Shown here: positions 8,631 through 17,704 of the stretch, piece by piece
How positions within the stretch are numbered: the first letter of the stretch is position 1
Layout of the letters: each line of letters opens with the position of its first letter
Virus record (IMG/VR): IMGVR_UViG_3300027583_000001
Strand: one strand, 5' to 3'
Length of the DNA stretch: 41,808 bases
Source of the DNA: a virus
Translations under genes and position numbers: made by a program
The notes under the pieces: model-generated
Told to the model about the DNA's origin: nothing
Database searches by the model: none
What the model saw: only the letters and a program-made list of their open reading frames with translations

Positions 8631-9584
8631 TTAATTCCGGCGAGAATGAACGTGCGGGTTTAAGCCCCTGGCTTTTGCCATCTGCTCGATGACATTGCCC
8701 ACGTCTTCCTCGCCCTCCGGTTCCTCTTCCGTTTGCTGCCGTGAGGCCGCAGTCGGAACATTCACCAGAGTTCGCTTCCGTTCGAGCTTGGTTTGAGTCT
8801 GAGCCTTAGTCAGTCCAGGGAAGGCCGTGCGCAGCTCTTTGTCGATCGAGGTGTAAGCCTCGCTGAGCCCCATCGTCGGATTTTCAGCTTTCAGCTCTTG
8901 TAGCCGAACGTTGAACAGACGCTTGGTGTACGGATTCTCTAGAAGGTCTTTGCTCTTGTCCTCTAACGTCGCCAGTTCGGTCCTGAACGATAAGCGCTGA
9001 TCAATCTGTCTCACAACGTCCGGAGTCACCTCGGATGGCCGTGCATCAATGACAGATGCCAACTTCTCAATCGCCTCTTCATCCCCCAAAACAGCCGCGC
9101 GGAGGATCGAACGCACATCGACTTTCTCGACGTTGCTTGGCTCGTCTTTCGATAGAGCTAGCCGTGAAGCATTTCTAACAGACTCAGCAGCGGTTTGCAA
9201 GTACTCGTCCGCTGCTTCCACTTTCGCAGACGATGTGCGAATTTCCTTGAGCGTTTGCCACTTTTCGCGACCGTTGACGATCTGACGATAGTACGTCTCG
9301 CCGTTCACCACTTTGGTGTCGGTGTCGGCTTCTTCTTTCGTCTCTTCCGTGGCTCCCTCGGTCTGCAAGAGTTTCGCCGCTTCTTCATCCTCTGCACGGG
9401 CGCGCGCTTCCTTCTCTTCGGAGTCGTCTTTGATCTCCATGCCTTCGAGGTCGTCTTTGCGGTTCTCATCAGCACCATCGGCGATGGCTTCCATGCGCGC
9501 GAGGCGATCGTTGTTCTTGCTGGTGTTGGCCTCTTTAGCCTTCGCCACAGCGTCGTCGTGGGCTTTCTTTTCTTCGGGAGTCAT
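8631..9584 (-). CDS. Scaffolding protein
   Basis: 317 aa. Strongly acidic, Lys/Glu/Ala-rich and helical-looking. Lies between portal and coat as in P22 (gp8, 303 aa). Confidence 0.7.
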   Translation of the reverse strand: MTPEEKKAHDDAVAKAKEANTSKNNDRLARMEAIADGADENRKDDLEGMEIKDDSEEKEARARAEDEEAAKLLQTEGATEETKEEADTDTKVVNGETYYRQIVNGREKWQTLKEIRTSSAKVEAADEYLQTAAESVRNASRLALSKDEPSNVEKVDVRSILRAAVLGDEEAIEKLASVIDARPSEVTPDVVRQIDQRLSFRTELATLEDKSKDLLENPYTKRLFNVRLQELKAENPTMGLSEAYTSIDKELRTAFPGLTKAQTQTKLERKRTLVNVPTAASRQQTEEEPEGEEDVGNVIEQMAKARGLNPHVHSRRN

Positions 9585-9593
9585 GGCAAACCT

Positions 9594-9743
9594 CTAATAC
9601 GTGGGCGGCTCTGGTACAAATTCCTCATCATCGCGCTCTTTGAATCCGTCAAACTTATCTCGACCCCTGGGCTGCAAGATCGGCTTCCGCCGTCTGCGTT
9701 CGATCATCTCATCCGCTATCGGCTGGGATGGGTCGTCATTCAT
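9594..9743 (-). CDS. Hypothetical small protein (49 aa, MNDDPSQPIADEMIERRRRK...)
   Basis: The track ORF 9594..9842 begins with TTG. The internal ATG at 9743 overlaps the stop of 9740..9934 (ATGA), which I take as the more likely start. Confidence 0.4.
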   Translation of the reverse strand: MNDDPSQPIADEMIERRRRKPILQPRGRDKFDGFKERDDEEFVPEPPTY

Positions 9744-9934
9744 AAGACCTCGGTGATTGACTGCGCACGCGCCATCTTGCAATAAGTGCCAGTTCTCGCC
9801 ATATGCGGCGTACTTTGCATTACACAGATCGAACCCACGCAATCACATGGATTGAGGTTTGCCATCCAATTAGGAACGAACGGCACCATTTCCTGGTGAC
9901 ATATAGAGCAGCGGCAGACATGTGGCAAACTCAC
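9740..9934 (-). CDS. Cys-rich small protein (64 aa)
   Basis: HVCRCSICHQE...NPCDCVGSIC. Start is coupled to the stop of 9931..10335. Confidence 0.5.
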   Translation of the reverse strand: MSLPHVCRCSICHQEMVPFVPNWMANLNPCDCVGSICVMQSTPHMARTGTYCKMARAQSITEVL

Positions 9935-10335
9935 TGCAATTCCCGTAGCTGCTGCTTGGATTGCTCGCCCATCTCAATGGCCTCCCTCAGCCATGACACG
10001 ATGGAATCGGCTACCTTGATGCGATTCTGAATGGCGCGGATGACTTCTGGCTGCGTGGGATCGGCGGTCACCAGTTCCTTCAAGGCTGCTTCGGCCTGTT
10101 CGTCCGCTCGCTCCACCATGTACACGCCAATGTCGGAGTTCAAGAACTGCTCGACCTGGGCGCCAAAGGTGGCCGCGCGAACGGTGGGGTCTTCGGGGTT
10201 AAGCTGCATTGGAATTCTCGATGGCATCAGATTGTGAGTGTATTTCGTCAAGCCGCGCTTCGGTATGAACGTCCACTGGCTCGCGAACTTCTCCGCATCC
10301 GCAGCACTCACCGTCCGCGTCGAAAAAGCAGTCAC
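9931..10335 (-). CDS. Hypothetical head-module protein (134 aa; GTG start, uncertain)
   Basis: By hand count, third-position G/C is high (about 70 percent) in this frame, like the coat gene. There is no clear SD before the GTG at 10335. Confidence 0.6.
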   Translation of the reverse strand: MTAFSTRTVSAADAEKFASQWTFIPKRGLTKYTHNLMPSRIPMQLNPEDPTVRAATFGAQVEQFLNSDIGVYMVERADEQAEAALKELVTADPTQPEVIRAIQNRIKVADSIVSWLREAIEMGEQSKQQLRELQ

Positions 10336-10373
10336 AATGCCCGCATGGGCAGCAATTGCATGGCTTCCTGAAT

Positions 10374-10715
10374 TTACACGCCATTCGCTTCTCCGCTGTT
10401 ACCGAAGCCGAGCGGCAATCGGCATGTCATGTTATCGATCTGCGATAGCCGTCCATCAAGATCGGGCAGCGCATGGAACCCTTCGACGGCAGGGAACCGC
10501 GCGGCGAGGGTGAGGACCAAGCGTAGAGCGTATTCGTTGGCACGCTGAATCTCTGCTCGCAAATGCTCGATCTTTTGCCAGTCATTCACGCACTCGGCGC
10601 CCATCTCCTCGAGGAAATTTATGCGCGCTTTGAGCGGCTTTACCGCATCCGTGATGGCATCGGCCAATTCGGATTTCTTGACCAGCAGCAGATCACTCAT
10701 GCTCAGTTCCTCCAT
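10374..10715 (-). CDS. Hypothetical head-module protein (113 aa)
   Basis: ORF directly downstream of the portal gene on the same strand. Confidence 0.65.
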   Translation of the reverse strand: MEELSMSDLLLVKKSELADAITDAVKPLKARINFLEEMGAECVNDWQKIEHLRAEIQRANEYALRLVLTLAARFPAVEGFHALPDLDGRLSQIDNMTCRLPLGFGNSGEANGV

Positions 10716-10723
10716 CGGAATGA

Positions 10724-12889
10724 TTAAGCTGCATTGGGTTTCGCCTTCGCTAACTGCTTCTGTTGCTTAAAGCCCTCATCTCGATCCTCGACTGCGGCCT
10801 CTCGCGAAGTATCGCGGTCCTCGACCTGATCCTCCCGCTCACCCTCAGCCACTTCCTTGCCGGCCACGTGCGCAAACAAGGCGAGTCGCGCCTTACTGTG
10901 ATGGGTCTTGTCCGCAATCGCGAGCTTCGTGAGGTTCGTCTCGTGCGTGGTCAATACCTTCGCCTTGTTGGCATCTTCCTTGTTCTTTTTCTCAAGCTGC
11001 AACTGCTGAATCATCTTGGTCATTGCTTGAATCTGCTGCTGCGCCTTCGCCAAGGCTGGATCTGAGCCATCCATCACAAACCTCGTGCCGTCCTGATAGC
11101 CTGAGAGTGCCATCAGTTCCTTGAACACCTCTTTCAAGTCTACGCCAGGGGGAGGCTGCTTTGCCACAATGTGCGAGTAGGTGTTTAAGGCAAAGGCGAA
11201 CTTCTGGACCTTCGCCGCGGGGTCGGTTGCACCCATGCCCACGTTCACTGTAACCGTCAGTTCCTTGTCCAGAATCGCGTCCGTCATCTGATTGACGCCG
11301 TACTTCTGATAGACCTTCGCCTTTTCGCCGGCTAGGGCAAGGATGACCATGTCAGTTTCGTAGTGCTGCTCGAGCATGACGAGCTGCCGAAGTACAGGTT
11401 GGACGAAAGTCTCCACAAAGGTTTTGAGCATGTACTCGGTAAGCAGATTGCTAGGTCCTTGGAGCATCCGCATGGTGTTTGTGGATTCTCGCCCACTGCG
11501 TTGGGCGGTGACTTGCATCGGGTTAAAATTACCGGCCAGGTCGCTAAAGTCTCCATCTATGCGGTCCTGTTCCAAGTAGGCGGAATTGGTAACGTCAGGC
11601 CAGTTGATTTCCTTGATATCGTTCTCAGGGTCATCTGCCAGGGTGATTCCACCAGGCGTGTTACGTACCAGGCTGGAGAGATCCACATTCTTTCCACGCT
11701 TGGCGATCCAGCGCTTATTGAGGACGAATTTGACGTTGTCTGACCGTTGATTCTGGACATCGTTGGCTTCCTCCTGGAGTGCTTTCGTGACCGTGGGAAT
11801 CGATGAGGGAATCGGCTTATGCGTCTCCAACATGGTAGTGCCCATCACATAGGGGCGCTTACCATGCCAAACGGTATCCTTTAAGGGCTCGGGATCGGTG
11901 AGGAGCCGTTCAGAAGCAATCGTGTAAAACTCCCAATCTTCTCCGTTGTACCGGTGGATATGACGATGTACCCACACGATATCGTAATCTGAGGTGTCTC
12001 GTTTCTGCTGAGTAGGGTCTTGACTAACTCCTCCTCTCGCTTGTCGAGTGGAATCATCAGAACTGTCGCTTCGGGCGAATACTTGGCTAGCACTGTACTT
12101 CCTCCACCGCTGACCCTTGGGGTTCGGATGCTCCATTCTATCCTTCACATCACACCAGTACATCGGCATCAAATGAATGATGTAGGGGCTGGAATTGATC
12201 GGGTCTGACCAATGCGCGCTAGGGTCAATCCGCAGGTTCTCGATGGGGATCAAGTCTAAGCACGGCTTGTCCTCTAAGCTCTCGGTCTGCCCGTCCTTAT
12301 CGTGCCGCTCGATAAACCGCCAGTACACATGGGCACAGGCTAAACCCTGCACCTGGGCGTCCTGAAAGCTCCCCAGTAGGAACATGAACCACGGGATGGT
12401 CTTGGTCAGCCGGTACTGCAACAGCTCTTTCGTTACTTCCGCCGAGACGAGTTCTTCCTTGACGCTCTGATTACTGGCAGCAACGTCAACCACGTCGAGG
12501 TTTGAAAAGAAGGCAGCAGCAGCAGCGGCCTCATTCTTGCGAATAACAGCACGGGTCTTCGGTCGATAAAGGTTTGACCGCTTACGGAATAACTCGCCGT
12601 TGTACTTGGAATCCGAGGAGTGCTGCGAATTGAAGGCGCGGATTGAATCATCCCAGGGCTTCCTATAGTTGCTGTCGATATAGGTCGTCGAGAACCGAAA
12701 CGAATCCTTCGCACGCTTGAGCCAGAAGCTATCCGAGGGCTTGGCCTGCTTCTCCTCACCCGAGGGGCTATCGCCTGTCTCAATGCCAGGGGATTCGTTC
12801 TCGGCCCCTAATTCGTCGCCTTCGTACTCTCCCTGCTCGGGATCGTTGATGCTAGGGGGCTGCGGCCTCCATGGCGTTGATTGACTCAT
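10724..12889 (-). CDS. Portal protein (P22 gp1-like size, with a long C-terminal helical extension)
   Basis: 721 aa (P22 portal is 725 aa). Lies between the terminase and scaffold genes. The C-terminal ~100 residues are K/E/Q/A-rich and coiled-coil-like (QQIQAMTKMIQQLQLEKKNKEDANKAK...). Confidence 0.85.
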   Translation of the reverse strand: MSQSTPWRPQPPSINDPEQGEYEGDELGAENESPGIETGDSPSGEEKQAKPSDSFWLKRAKDSFRFSTTYIDSNYRKPWDDSIRAFNSQHSSDSKYNGELFRKRSNLYRPKTRAVIRKNEAAAAAAFFSNLDVVDVAASNQSVKEELVSAEVTKELLQYRLTKTIPWFMFLLGSFQDAQVQGLACAHVYWRFIERHDKDGQTESLEDKPCLDLIPIENLRIDPSAHWSDPINSSPYIIHLMPMYWCDVKDRMEHPNPKGQRWRKYSASQVFARSDSSDDSTRQARGGVSQDPTQQKRDTSDYDIVWVHRHIHRYNGEDWEFYTIASERLLTDPEPLKDTVWHGKRPYVMGTTMLETHKPIPSSIPTVTKALQEEANDVQNQRSDNVKFVLNKRWIAKRGKNVDLSSLVRNTPGGITLADDPENDIKEINWPDVTNSAYLEQDRIDGDFSDLAGNFNPMQVTAQRSGRESTNTMRMLQGPSNLLTEYMLKTFVETFVQPVLRQLVMLEQHYETDMVILALAGEKAKVYQKYGVNQMTDAILDKELTVTVNVGMGATDPAAKVQKFAFALNTYSHIVAKQPPPGVDLKEVFKELMALSGYQDGTRFVMDGSDPALAKAQQQIQAMTKMIQQLQLEKKNKEDANKAKVLTTHETNLTKLAIADKTHHSKARLALFAHVAGKEVAEGEREDQVEDRDTSREAAVEDRDEGFKQQKQLAKAKPNAA

Positions 12890-12990
12890 GGCCTTTCCGT
12901 AGTATCGGTCGGTCGATCAACCCAGTTGAACAGCATCAGCCCAAAGCCAAGGCTGACGATGATCAATGAACCGATGAACCAGAAAATCAC
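12886..12990 (-). CDS. Micro-ORF, 34-aa single-TM peptide (VIFWFIGSLIIVSLGFGLMLFNWVDRPTDTTERP)
   Basis: Not in the track (under 60 aa). The GTG at 12990 overlaps the stop of 12987..13349 (GTGA), and its TGA overlaps the portal ATG (ATGA), so it exactly fills the gap. Confidence 0.4.
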   Translation of the reverse strand: MIFWFIGSLIIVSLGFGLMLFNWVDRPTDTTERP

Positions 12991-13349
12991 GCAAACCCCG
13001 CTTCCTGCTTAGGCGTCCAATCACTCGGAATCACAGGGTCACTACCATCCCACTTGCCCCGCTTCATGCCGAATAGCTCGAGCATCGCCCCGCCGGCCAT
13101 CACAGCGCTTTGCGTCACTTCCTTGGGGTTGTCGAGCTTCGACTTGTCCAAGAGAAACCCGAACCCCTCGCGCTTGAGCTTGACCGACACATCCGCATTG
13201 ATCACGGCGTGCCGCACGATCATGGCCCCGCCTTGGAAGCTCACCTGCCACGGGTGATCGGGATAGGCTTTGTCCAACTGCTGCCATATCTCAAGCGCAA
13301 GTTGCAGGTAGCTTGATTCCTCCGGGTCACCGCGCTCGATGAGTTGCAT
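12987..13349 (-). CDS. Hypothetical protein (120 aa)
   Basis: Same-strand ORF, coupled at both ends. Confidence 0.65.
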   Translation of the reverse strand: MQLIERGDPEESSYLQLALEIWQQLDKAYPDHPWQVSFQGGAMIVRHAVINADVSVKLKREGFGFLLDKSKLDNPKEVTQSAVMAGGAMLELFGMKRGKWDGSDPVIPSDWTPKQEAGFA

Positions 13350-13579
13350 CAGGGGAAGCCGGTGTACTTCTGTTTGGGCGTTAACGTACCGGGTGGCCCA
13401 TAAATGCCCGTAAAGCTCATATCCGTCGAATCCATCGAGCGCCCGTTGCTAAAGTTATAAATGCGATGATCCGGCGCTCGAAAGCTCGAGCCCCACTCGC
13501 GGCTTGCCATCTCAAGCAGGCTGAACTGGCGCGTGGTGACTTGGTGGCCGAGGGTACTAGGGAGGGGGGGCAGTGCCAT
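13349..13579 (-). CDS. Hypothetical protein (76 aa)
   Basis: Same-strand ORF. Its stop shares one base with the next ATG (TGATG). Confidence 0.45.
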   Translation of the reverse strand: MALPPLPSTLGHQVTTRQFSLLEMASREWGSSFRAPDHRIYNFSNGRSMDSTDMSFTGIYGPPGTLTPKQKYTGFP

Positions 13580-13979
13580 GCAATCTCCTGCTGCGAGTCA
13601 TTAACGAGTACTTGTTGTTACACTCGCTGTGATATAGCTGCCTGCCGCCAGATAGCTTATCCAGCGGCTCCCATACCTTGCATATCCAGCACTTACGCCA
13701 GTCCGCATGACCGCACGCGTCCAACGCTTCTGTGCGCGTATGCAGCAATTTATGATAAGCCCGATCAGGGCAAACTACTAGGTTTTCGTGCCTGTTGTCA
13801 GCAGGATCGACGTTGACATGATGAATCTCTTCCGGAGACTTAAGACGCCGGCCTAAGACTTTTTCCACAATCCAGCGATGTTCTCCCCGCTTTTCGCCAT
13901 TGATTTGAATGTTGCGATGGCCTGTACCGCTAATCGTCCCAGTGCCTTTTTTGTTATAGATATTCCGGGACTTGCTCAT
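13557..13979 (-). CDS. HNH endonuclease adjacent to the large terminase
   Basis: 140 aa. HRWIVEKVLGRRL..EEIHHVNVDPADNRHENLVVCPDRAYHKLLH is a classic HNH core. Start overlaps the terL stop. Confidence 0.85.
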   Translation of the reverse strand: MSKSRNIYNKKGTGTISGTGHRNIQINGEKRGEHRWIVEKVLGRRLKSPEEIHHVNVDPADNRHENLVVCPDRAYHKLLHTRTEALDACGHADWRKCWICKVWEPLDKLSGGRQLYHSECNNKYSLMTRSRRLHGTAPPP

Positions 13980-15598
13980 ATGTAAGCGGGCTCCAAGTCA
14001 TCCTGATTTACAACCTGTGGAGTTACGGGCGACATATCGTAAATTCTTGATGCAGCATCAATTATATCGACTAACCCCCCGTAAGGGAAAAAAGAAACAC
14101 ATATTCTCAGCCGGTCTGCAACGTCATATCTCACGTTGTTTTCATCTTTCCTCGTGATAGGCCGCGCAATGCGGTATTCATAGCCCTGGGCCTTCATATT
14201 GGCCTGGATCTTGGTCAGCTTCTCATCGTCTGTCGGATATGGCAGGTAGAACCGATGGCCCTTGATGTCAGGCACTAAGCGCTGTACCCGGTCGTTCTTA
14301 CTGCGCTCACCGTCCCGCGGCCACTCGAGCGGCTCTATCTCGAAAGACGCACCTTCGATCCTTTGGCGCTCCTGGAAGTAATCAAGGTCCGCAATAGCAC
14401 CAAACCGCTCATAACCCACGTGCAAGCCCATCATTCCAGGCGCTGACTTCCACTTGAACCAAAGGTCTCGCATCCACCGCCAACGGTCCATCAGGTCCAT
14501 CTTGTGGTCTACGCCGTCCAAGAGGTACTTGTTTCCCGCCGCATCCACCCCTAAAACGACCATAGCCGTATTGGCTGAATCTCGCTTGACTGACCGCGCA
14601 GGATCGATCATGAGATAGCCCATCAGGGTTAAGGGGCGGACCTCGTAGACTTGGAGGTCTCGGACATCGAACATTCTCTGGTGACCCGCGAGCGGATTAG
14701 CAAGTAATTGACAAGCGACTGTGGCCTCACCTTGATCCCTGATTCTACGGGCCCACTCTGTTGCAGTGAACAGAACAGGCTTGCCATCCATTTGCCCGGT
14801 GTCTGTTGCTGGGTAAATGCGAGCTGTTGCAGCCCCGCGCTTAATGATTTCGGAGTAAGTATCCGCGTAGTGATAGCGAGTGCCAATGATCCATTTCCGG
14901 CCCCCCATTGTTCCAAGGTTGTCGGACAGCTCCCAAGCTTCTGTAGTCTTTGCAATCTGCTCTGGCGTATTGACTGATTCACGGGTCACCACATCGTCAT
15001 AAATCATCAGTTGGAAGTGCTTGGAGGTGGGCTGGCCGTCCACGAGTCCATGAGCTTCGATAGTGCTTTCTTTAGGGTTTCCATCTCGACGGCAGATGAG
15101 TCCAGCATCAAGTGACCAGCTACGGCTTTCCTTAGCTGGGTTAGCGAATAAGACATCGGGGAAGCAGGCTTTGAGGTTTTCATTGCTCTCTAGCTCCCGC
15201 TGGATCTGCGAGAGGAACCCCTTCGCGATCGGCTTGGTGTGGCTAAAGACGCCAATAGTGATTTCTCTGTCTCTGATAATTTGTTGAATGCATCCAGCAA
15301 AAGTGATGATTGTGCTTTTGTAATGCTCGCGCGCCCAGATGTCACAATACCCATCAGGTGCTCCCTCAACTTCCCGACAGCGCTGATACAGCCAAGGATG
15401 CCAAGCGTCATATCTTTTGAGGAGCTTGACGAGTAGGTAATATCGGTCATTGAGACCTAGCCAGCGTATCCCTGGAATGTCCTTGCCCTTGCCGTCGATC
15501 TCATCCCAAACGGCCAGAAGCTCATTGAACGGTGTTTCCCTGACGAAGGCTACGTAGCTTGTCCAATCGGGGGCTGAGGCCTTCGGCTTCTCCGACAT
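13976..15598 (-). CDS. terL: Terminase large subunit
   Basis: 540 aa. N-terminal HPWLYQRCREVEGAPDGYCDIWAREHYKSTIIT block and position upstream of the portal. Confidence 0.9.
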   Translation of the reverse strand: MSEKPKASAPDWTSYVAFVRETPFNELLAVWDEIDGKGKDIPGIRWLGLNDRYYLLVKLLKRYDAWHPWLYQRCREVEGAPDGYCDIWAREHYKSTIITFAGCIQQIIRDREITIGVFSHTKPIAKGFLSQIQRELESNENLKACFPDVLFANPAKESRSWSLDAGLICRRDGNPKESTIEAHGLVDGQPTSKHFQLMIYDDVVTRESVNTPEQIAKTTEAWELSDNLGTMGGRKWIIGTRYHYADTYSEIIKRGAATARIYPATDTGQMDGKPVLFTATEWARRIRDQGEATVACQLLANPLAGHQRMFDVRDLQVYEVRPLTLMGYLMIDPARSVKRDSANTAMVVLGVDAAGNKYLLDGVDHKMDLMDRWRWMRDLWFKWKSAPGMMGLHVGYERFGAIADLDYFQERQRIEGASFEIEPLEWPRDGERSKNDRVQRLVPDIKGHRFYLPYPTDDEKLTKIQANMKAQGYEYRIARPITRKDENNVRYDVADRLRICVSFFPYGGLVDIIDAASRIYDMSPVTPQVVNQDDLEPAYI

Positions 15599-15830
15599 TA
15601 ACGGTTAGCTCTTGCTCGATGAAGACGTGCTCACTGGGCTTACCATCGAGTCTACATGCGATCTCTCGGATGGCGTCCATGTCGCCGGATCCTGCTGCAC
15701 TGACCACTTTATCAGCGATGGGGTCGAGTCCAAGATCAACCGTTGTCCCCACGCGAGCGAGGGCCCGTCTAAGAGCTTCCTCCCATCGCTTACCTTTAGC
15801 TCCGTTCTTGTTGCCATGCGGTGCGGCCAT
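15522..15830 (-). CDS. terS: Terminase small subunit (putative)
   Basis: 102 aa. N-terminal PHGNKNGAKGKRW resembles small-terminase N-termini. Lies immediately upstream of terL, which it overlaps by 77 nt. Confidence 0.6.
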   Translation of the reverse strand: MAAPHGNKNGAKGKRWEEALRRALARVGTTVDLGLDPIADKVVSAAGSGDMDAIREIACRLDGKPSEHVFIEQELTVNVGEAEGLSPRLDKLRSLRQGNTVQ

Positions 15831-15881
15831 TGGCTCAACCGTTAAGTCTCTGACTCTAAATCAGAATCATTCTCATCTTGT

Positions 15882-16103
15882 TCAGGCATATACGGGATCA
15901 TTTTGCGACTCCAAATATCCTTTTTTACGCAACCTATGAAGCCTGACTCTCTCGGTTGAATAGCTATGTGCCATTGCTGAGCATCTGGCGGAACAATGCT
16001 TAGATGGTCTGCCACCCTGCTTGCCGATCTTGAACTCGAATGAGTTGCCGCAGTACGCGCATCGATGGTCTGGAATCCAATTAACAGGCCCAACATAGAT
16101 CAC
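15882..16103 (-). CDS. Zn-ribbon-like small protein (73 aa, GTG start)
   Basis: CAYCGNSFEF...GGRPSKHCSARC. GTGA-coupled to the upstream micro-ORF. Confidence 0.5.
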   Translation of the reverse strand: MIYVGPVNWIPDHRCAYCGNSFEFKIGKQGGRPSKHCSARCSAMAHSYSTERVRLHRLRKKGYLESQNDPVYA

Positions 16104-16222
16104 GAGCGCGTCTTCTTACCCGGCTTCTCGTATTTCATGGGCTTGTGCATTTTGGGCGTCTCCTGAGCGTTGTGCTTGGACTTAGCCGGGGGAGGGGCGT
16201 TGGGGACGGGCTTGTAGGTCAT
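16100..16222 (-). CDS. Micro-ORF, 40-aa basic Pro/Lys-rich peptide (MTYKPVPNAPPPAKSKHNAQETPKMHKPMKYEKPGKKTRS)
   Basis: Not in the track. ATGA- and GTGA-coupled at both ends, exactly filling the gap. Confidence 0.35.
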   Translation of the reverse strand: MTYKPVPNAPPPAKSKHNAQETPKMHKPMKYEKPGKKTRS

Positions 16223-16446
16223 GTGTCGCCACTGTAATTGTGATAACCCGAGTAACCGGTCAACGGCCCGTAACTGCGCTTTTTGGTGTATAGCTCGAGC
16301 CTGTGAGGCAGGTCTTTGTTGTTTCGATGCAGAATCGTGGCGTCAAGGTCGTAATCTCCCGAGACGTTCGGAACATCGTTCCAGCCTCGAGGCGCGCACT
16401 GATGGCAGCCCCCGTGAGCGATTCTATGCATTTGATTGGGCTTCAT
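16219..16446 (-). CDS. Hypothetical protein (75 aa)
   Basis: Same-strand ORF in a coupled chain. Confidence 0.5.
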   Translation of the reverse strand: MKPNQMHRIAHGGCHQCAPRGWNDVPNVSGDYDLDATILHRNNKDLPHRLELYTKKRSYGPLTGYSGYHNYSGDT

Positions 16447-16634
16447 GACTCGACTTTAGCACTATTGCGTTTATCTTCAAGCACTTTGCGCCAGGAATCT
16501 GGCATTTCGTTCATGACTTCCTTGCTGCCAAACCCGAAAGCATCACGTACCGTCTTGACCATCTGCCACTCTGCATTGACCTTCTGGAGGCTATATTCCG
16601 TGATCATGCCGGTATTTTCGGGGTAAACAGCCAC
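16443..16634 (-). CDS. Hypothetical protein (63 aa)
   Basis: Same-strand ORF in a coupled chain. Confidence 0.5.
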   Translation of the reverse strand: MAVYPENTGMITEYSLQKVNAEWQMVKTVRDAFGFGSKEVMNEMPDSWRKVLEDKRNSAKVES

Positions 16635-16851
16635 AACTGCGCGATCTAGAGCGCCCGCTCGTATTAAGCGAACCTGAGCGTATCACGCGCTGCTGTCCGC
16701 AAGCGCAACGACACACCCAGTACGCATGCCGGCCCGAATTGCCTTGTCTCGCTCGATACTTCGAGTAAAGCCCAAGCACCCGCCATCGCCCGATCTGGTG
16801 GCCGGTCAGATCCTTGATGCAGCGATTCGGCGGCCTAATCCCGGTCGTCAT
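16591..16851 (-). CDS. Small Cys-rich protein with the LTG..GRW.V...W.C.C.CG....SCGC pattern (86 aa from the ATG at 16851)
   Basis: DLTGHQIGRWRVLG...HAYWVCRCACGQQRVIRSGSL...SCGC is a widespread phage zinc-binding N-terminal pattern. GAGAGG lies 7 nt upstream of the 16851 ATG. Confidence 0.55.
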   Translation of the reverse strand: MTTGIRPPNRCIKDLTGHQIGRWRVLGLYSKYRARQGNSGRHAYWVCRCACGQQRVIRSGSLNTSGRSRSRSCGCLPRKYRHDHGI

Positions 16852-16954
16852 AGCGATTCCTCTCGTTAAACGGGAATTGATCAATAGCTGCTATCAAATA
16901 CCACACGATAACCCCCGCAATGACCATCAAAGCAATTCCCATGGCCAATTTCAT
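16835..16954 (-). CDS. Micro-ORF, 39-aa TM peptide (MKLAMGIALMVIAGVIVWYLIAAIDQF...)
   Basis: Not in the track. ATG overlaps the stop of the upstream endonuclease gene (ATGA). Confidence 0.35.
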   Translation of the reverse strand: MKLAMGIALMVIAGVIVWYLIAAIDQFPFNERNRYDDRD

Positions 16955-17283
16955 TTTTGCTCCTGCAATAGTCGTTTCAATCCCTCAATCGCTTCCCCGT
17001 TCCTCACCTGGGACGGCGTATAACGCAATACGCGCCATCCTGAGAGGATTAGCAGGTTATGCTTCCCCATGTCGCGGATGATGCCGAGCGGCCTGCTATG
17101 GGCTCCTGCGGCGAATATAGCGCCTTCTATCTCGATTCCCACCTTCTGTTTGGGAAAGGCGAGGTCTAAACGGTACTTTCGGCTCGGCTCAAATCGATAT
17201 TCCTGCTCGAACTCCAAAAGGCCATCCGCTAGGCATTGGTAGGCGAGAACCTGCTCTGCTTCGTTACCGATCGCCTTAAGCAT
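16951..17283 (-). CDS. Vsr/DUF559-like (restriction-endonuclease fold) endonuclease, 110 aa
   Basis: EQEYRFEPSRKYRLDLAFPKQKVGIEIEGAIF..GAHSRPLGIIRDMGKHNLLILSGWRVLRY. The ATG at 17283 shares one base with the stop of the upstream ORF. The A/R/P-rich N-terminal extension in the track ORF looks non-coding. Confidence 0.7.
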   Translation of the reverse strand: MLKAIGNEAEQVLAYQCLADGLLEFEQEYRFEPSRKYRLDLAFPKQKVGIEIEGAIFAAGAHSRPLGIIRDMGKHNLLILSGWRVLRYTPSQVRNGEAIEGLKRLLQEQK

Positions 17284-17492
17284 TATTCTGGCCTCATCAA
17301 CATCAAACTGCGACGATGAAGGAACCCAATGGCCCATCGACCAATGCGCAGAATCTTGCGATGGCCGTATCGCTCTGAGAATGAAGGCCGCATATCTCGA
17401 TTGAACGCCAACCCGTAGCCGAAAATACGAAAATAGAGCCCGCGTTCGTGCTTGACTAAAAACGTGGTTTTCATGCGGCGGGTGTAGCTCAT
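17283..17492 (-). CDS. Hypothetical protein (69 aa)
   Basis: Same-strand ORF, coupled. Confidence 0.5.
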   Translation of the reverse strand: MSYTRRMKTTFLVKHERGLYFRIFGYGLAFNRDMRPSFSERYGHRKILRIGRWAIGFLHRRSLMLMRPE

Positions 17493-17704
17493 TTCCCCTC
17501 TGTTTCAGTGGTTGTGCCGACCGGCCTGGTGGTATTGCCAAACAAGCCGGCGAAGGGATTCGTGCACATGACGCGGTCATGCTTGCTGGCGCACCGAGCG
17601 CACATCTCGGACCAGCGCCCACCGAGTATCGACATCTTCTCGATACCTGAAAAAGTCTTGCGGTCTTTGCTGCACCAATTGCAGCGCCGCCATCCGCCCT
17701 TCAC
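17489..17704 (-). CDS. Zn-ribbon small protein (71 aa, GTG start)
   Basis: CNWC...CARC pairs of Cys. Confidence 0.55.
   Translation of the reverse strand: MKGGWRRCNWCSKDRKTFSGIEKMSILGGRWSEMCARCASKHDRVMCTNPFAGLFGNTTRPVGTTTETEGK

Noticed and set aside
9195-9785. 196-aa plus-strand ORF
   Set aside because: It is antisense to the scaffolding gene, with Phe/Arg/Leu-rich mirror-image composition of the Glu/Lys/Ala-rich scaffold.
10199-10384. 61-aa extremely Cys-rich ORF (KPCNCCPCGHCDCFF...CCGCG) overlapping the start of 9931..10335 in another frame
   Set aside because: By hand count, third-position G/C is about 55 percent in this frame against about 70 percent in the competing 134-aa frame, and about 68 percent in the coat gene. 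I cannot fully exclude a real overlapping gene, so the 5' end of 9931..10335 remains uncertain.
17284-17622. N-terminal 113-codon extension of the Vsr-like endonuclease ORF
   Set aside because: The Ala/Arg/Pro-rich extension overlaps the better-looking 69-aa ORF 17283..17492. The ATG at 17283 is start/stop coupled, and the endonuclease domain begins right after it.
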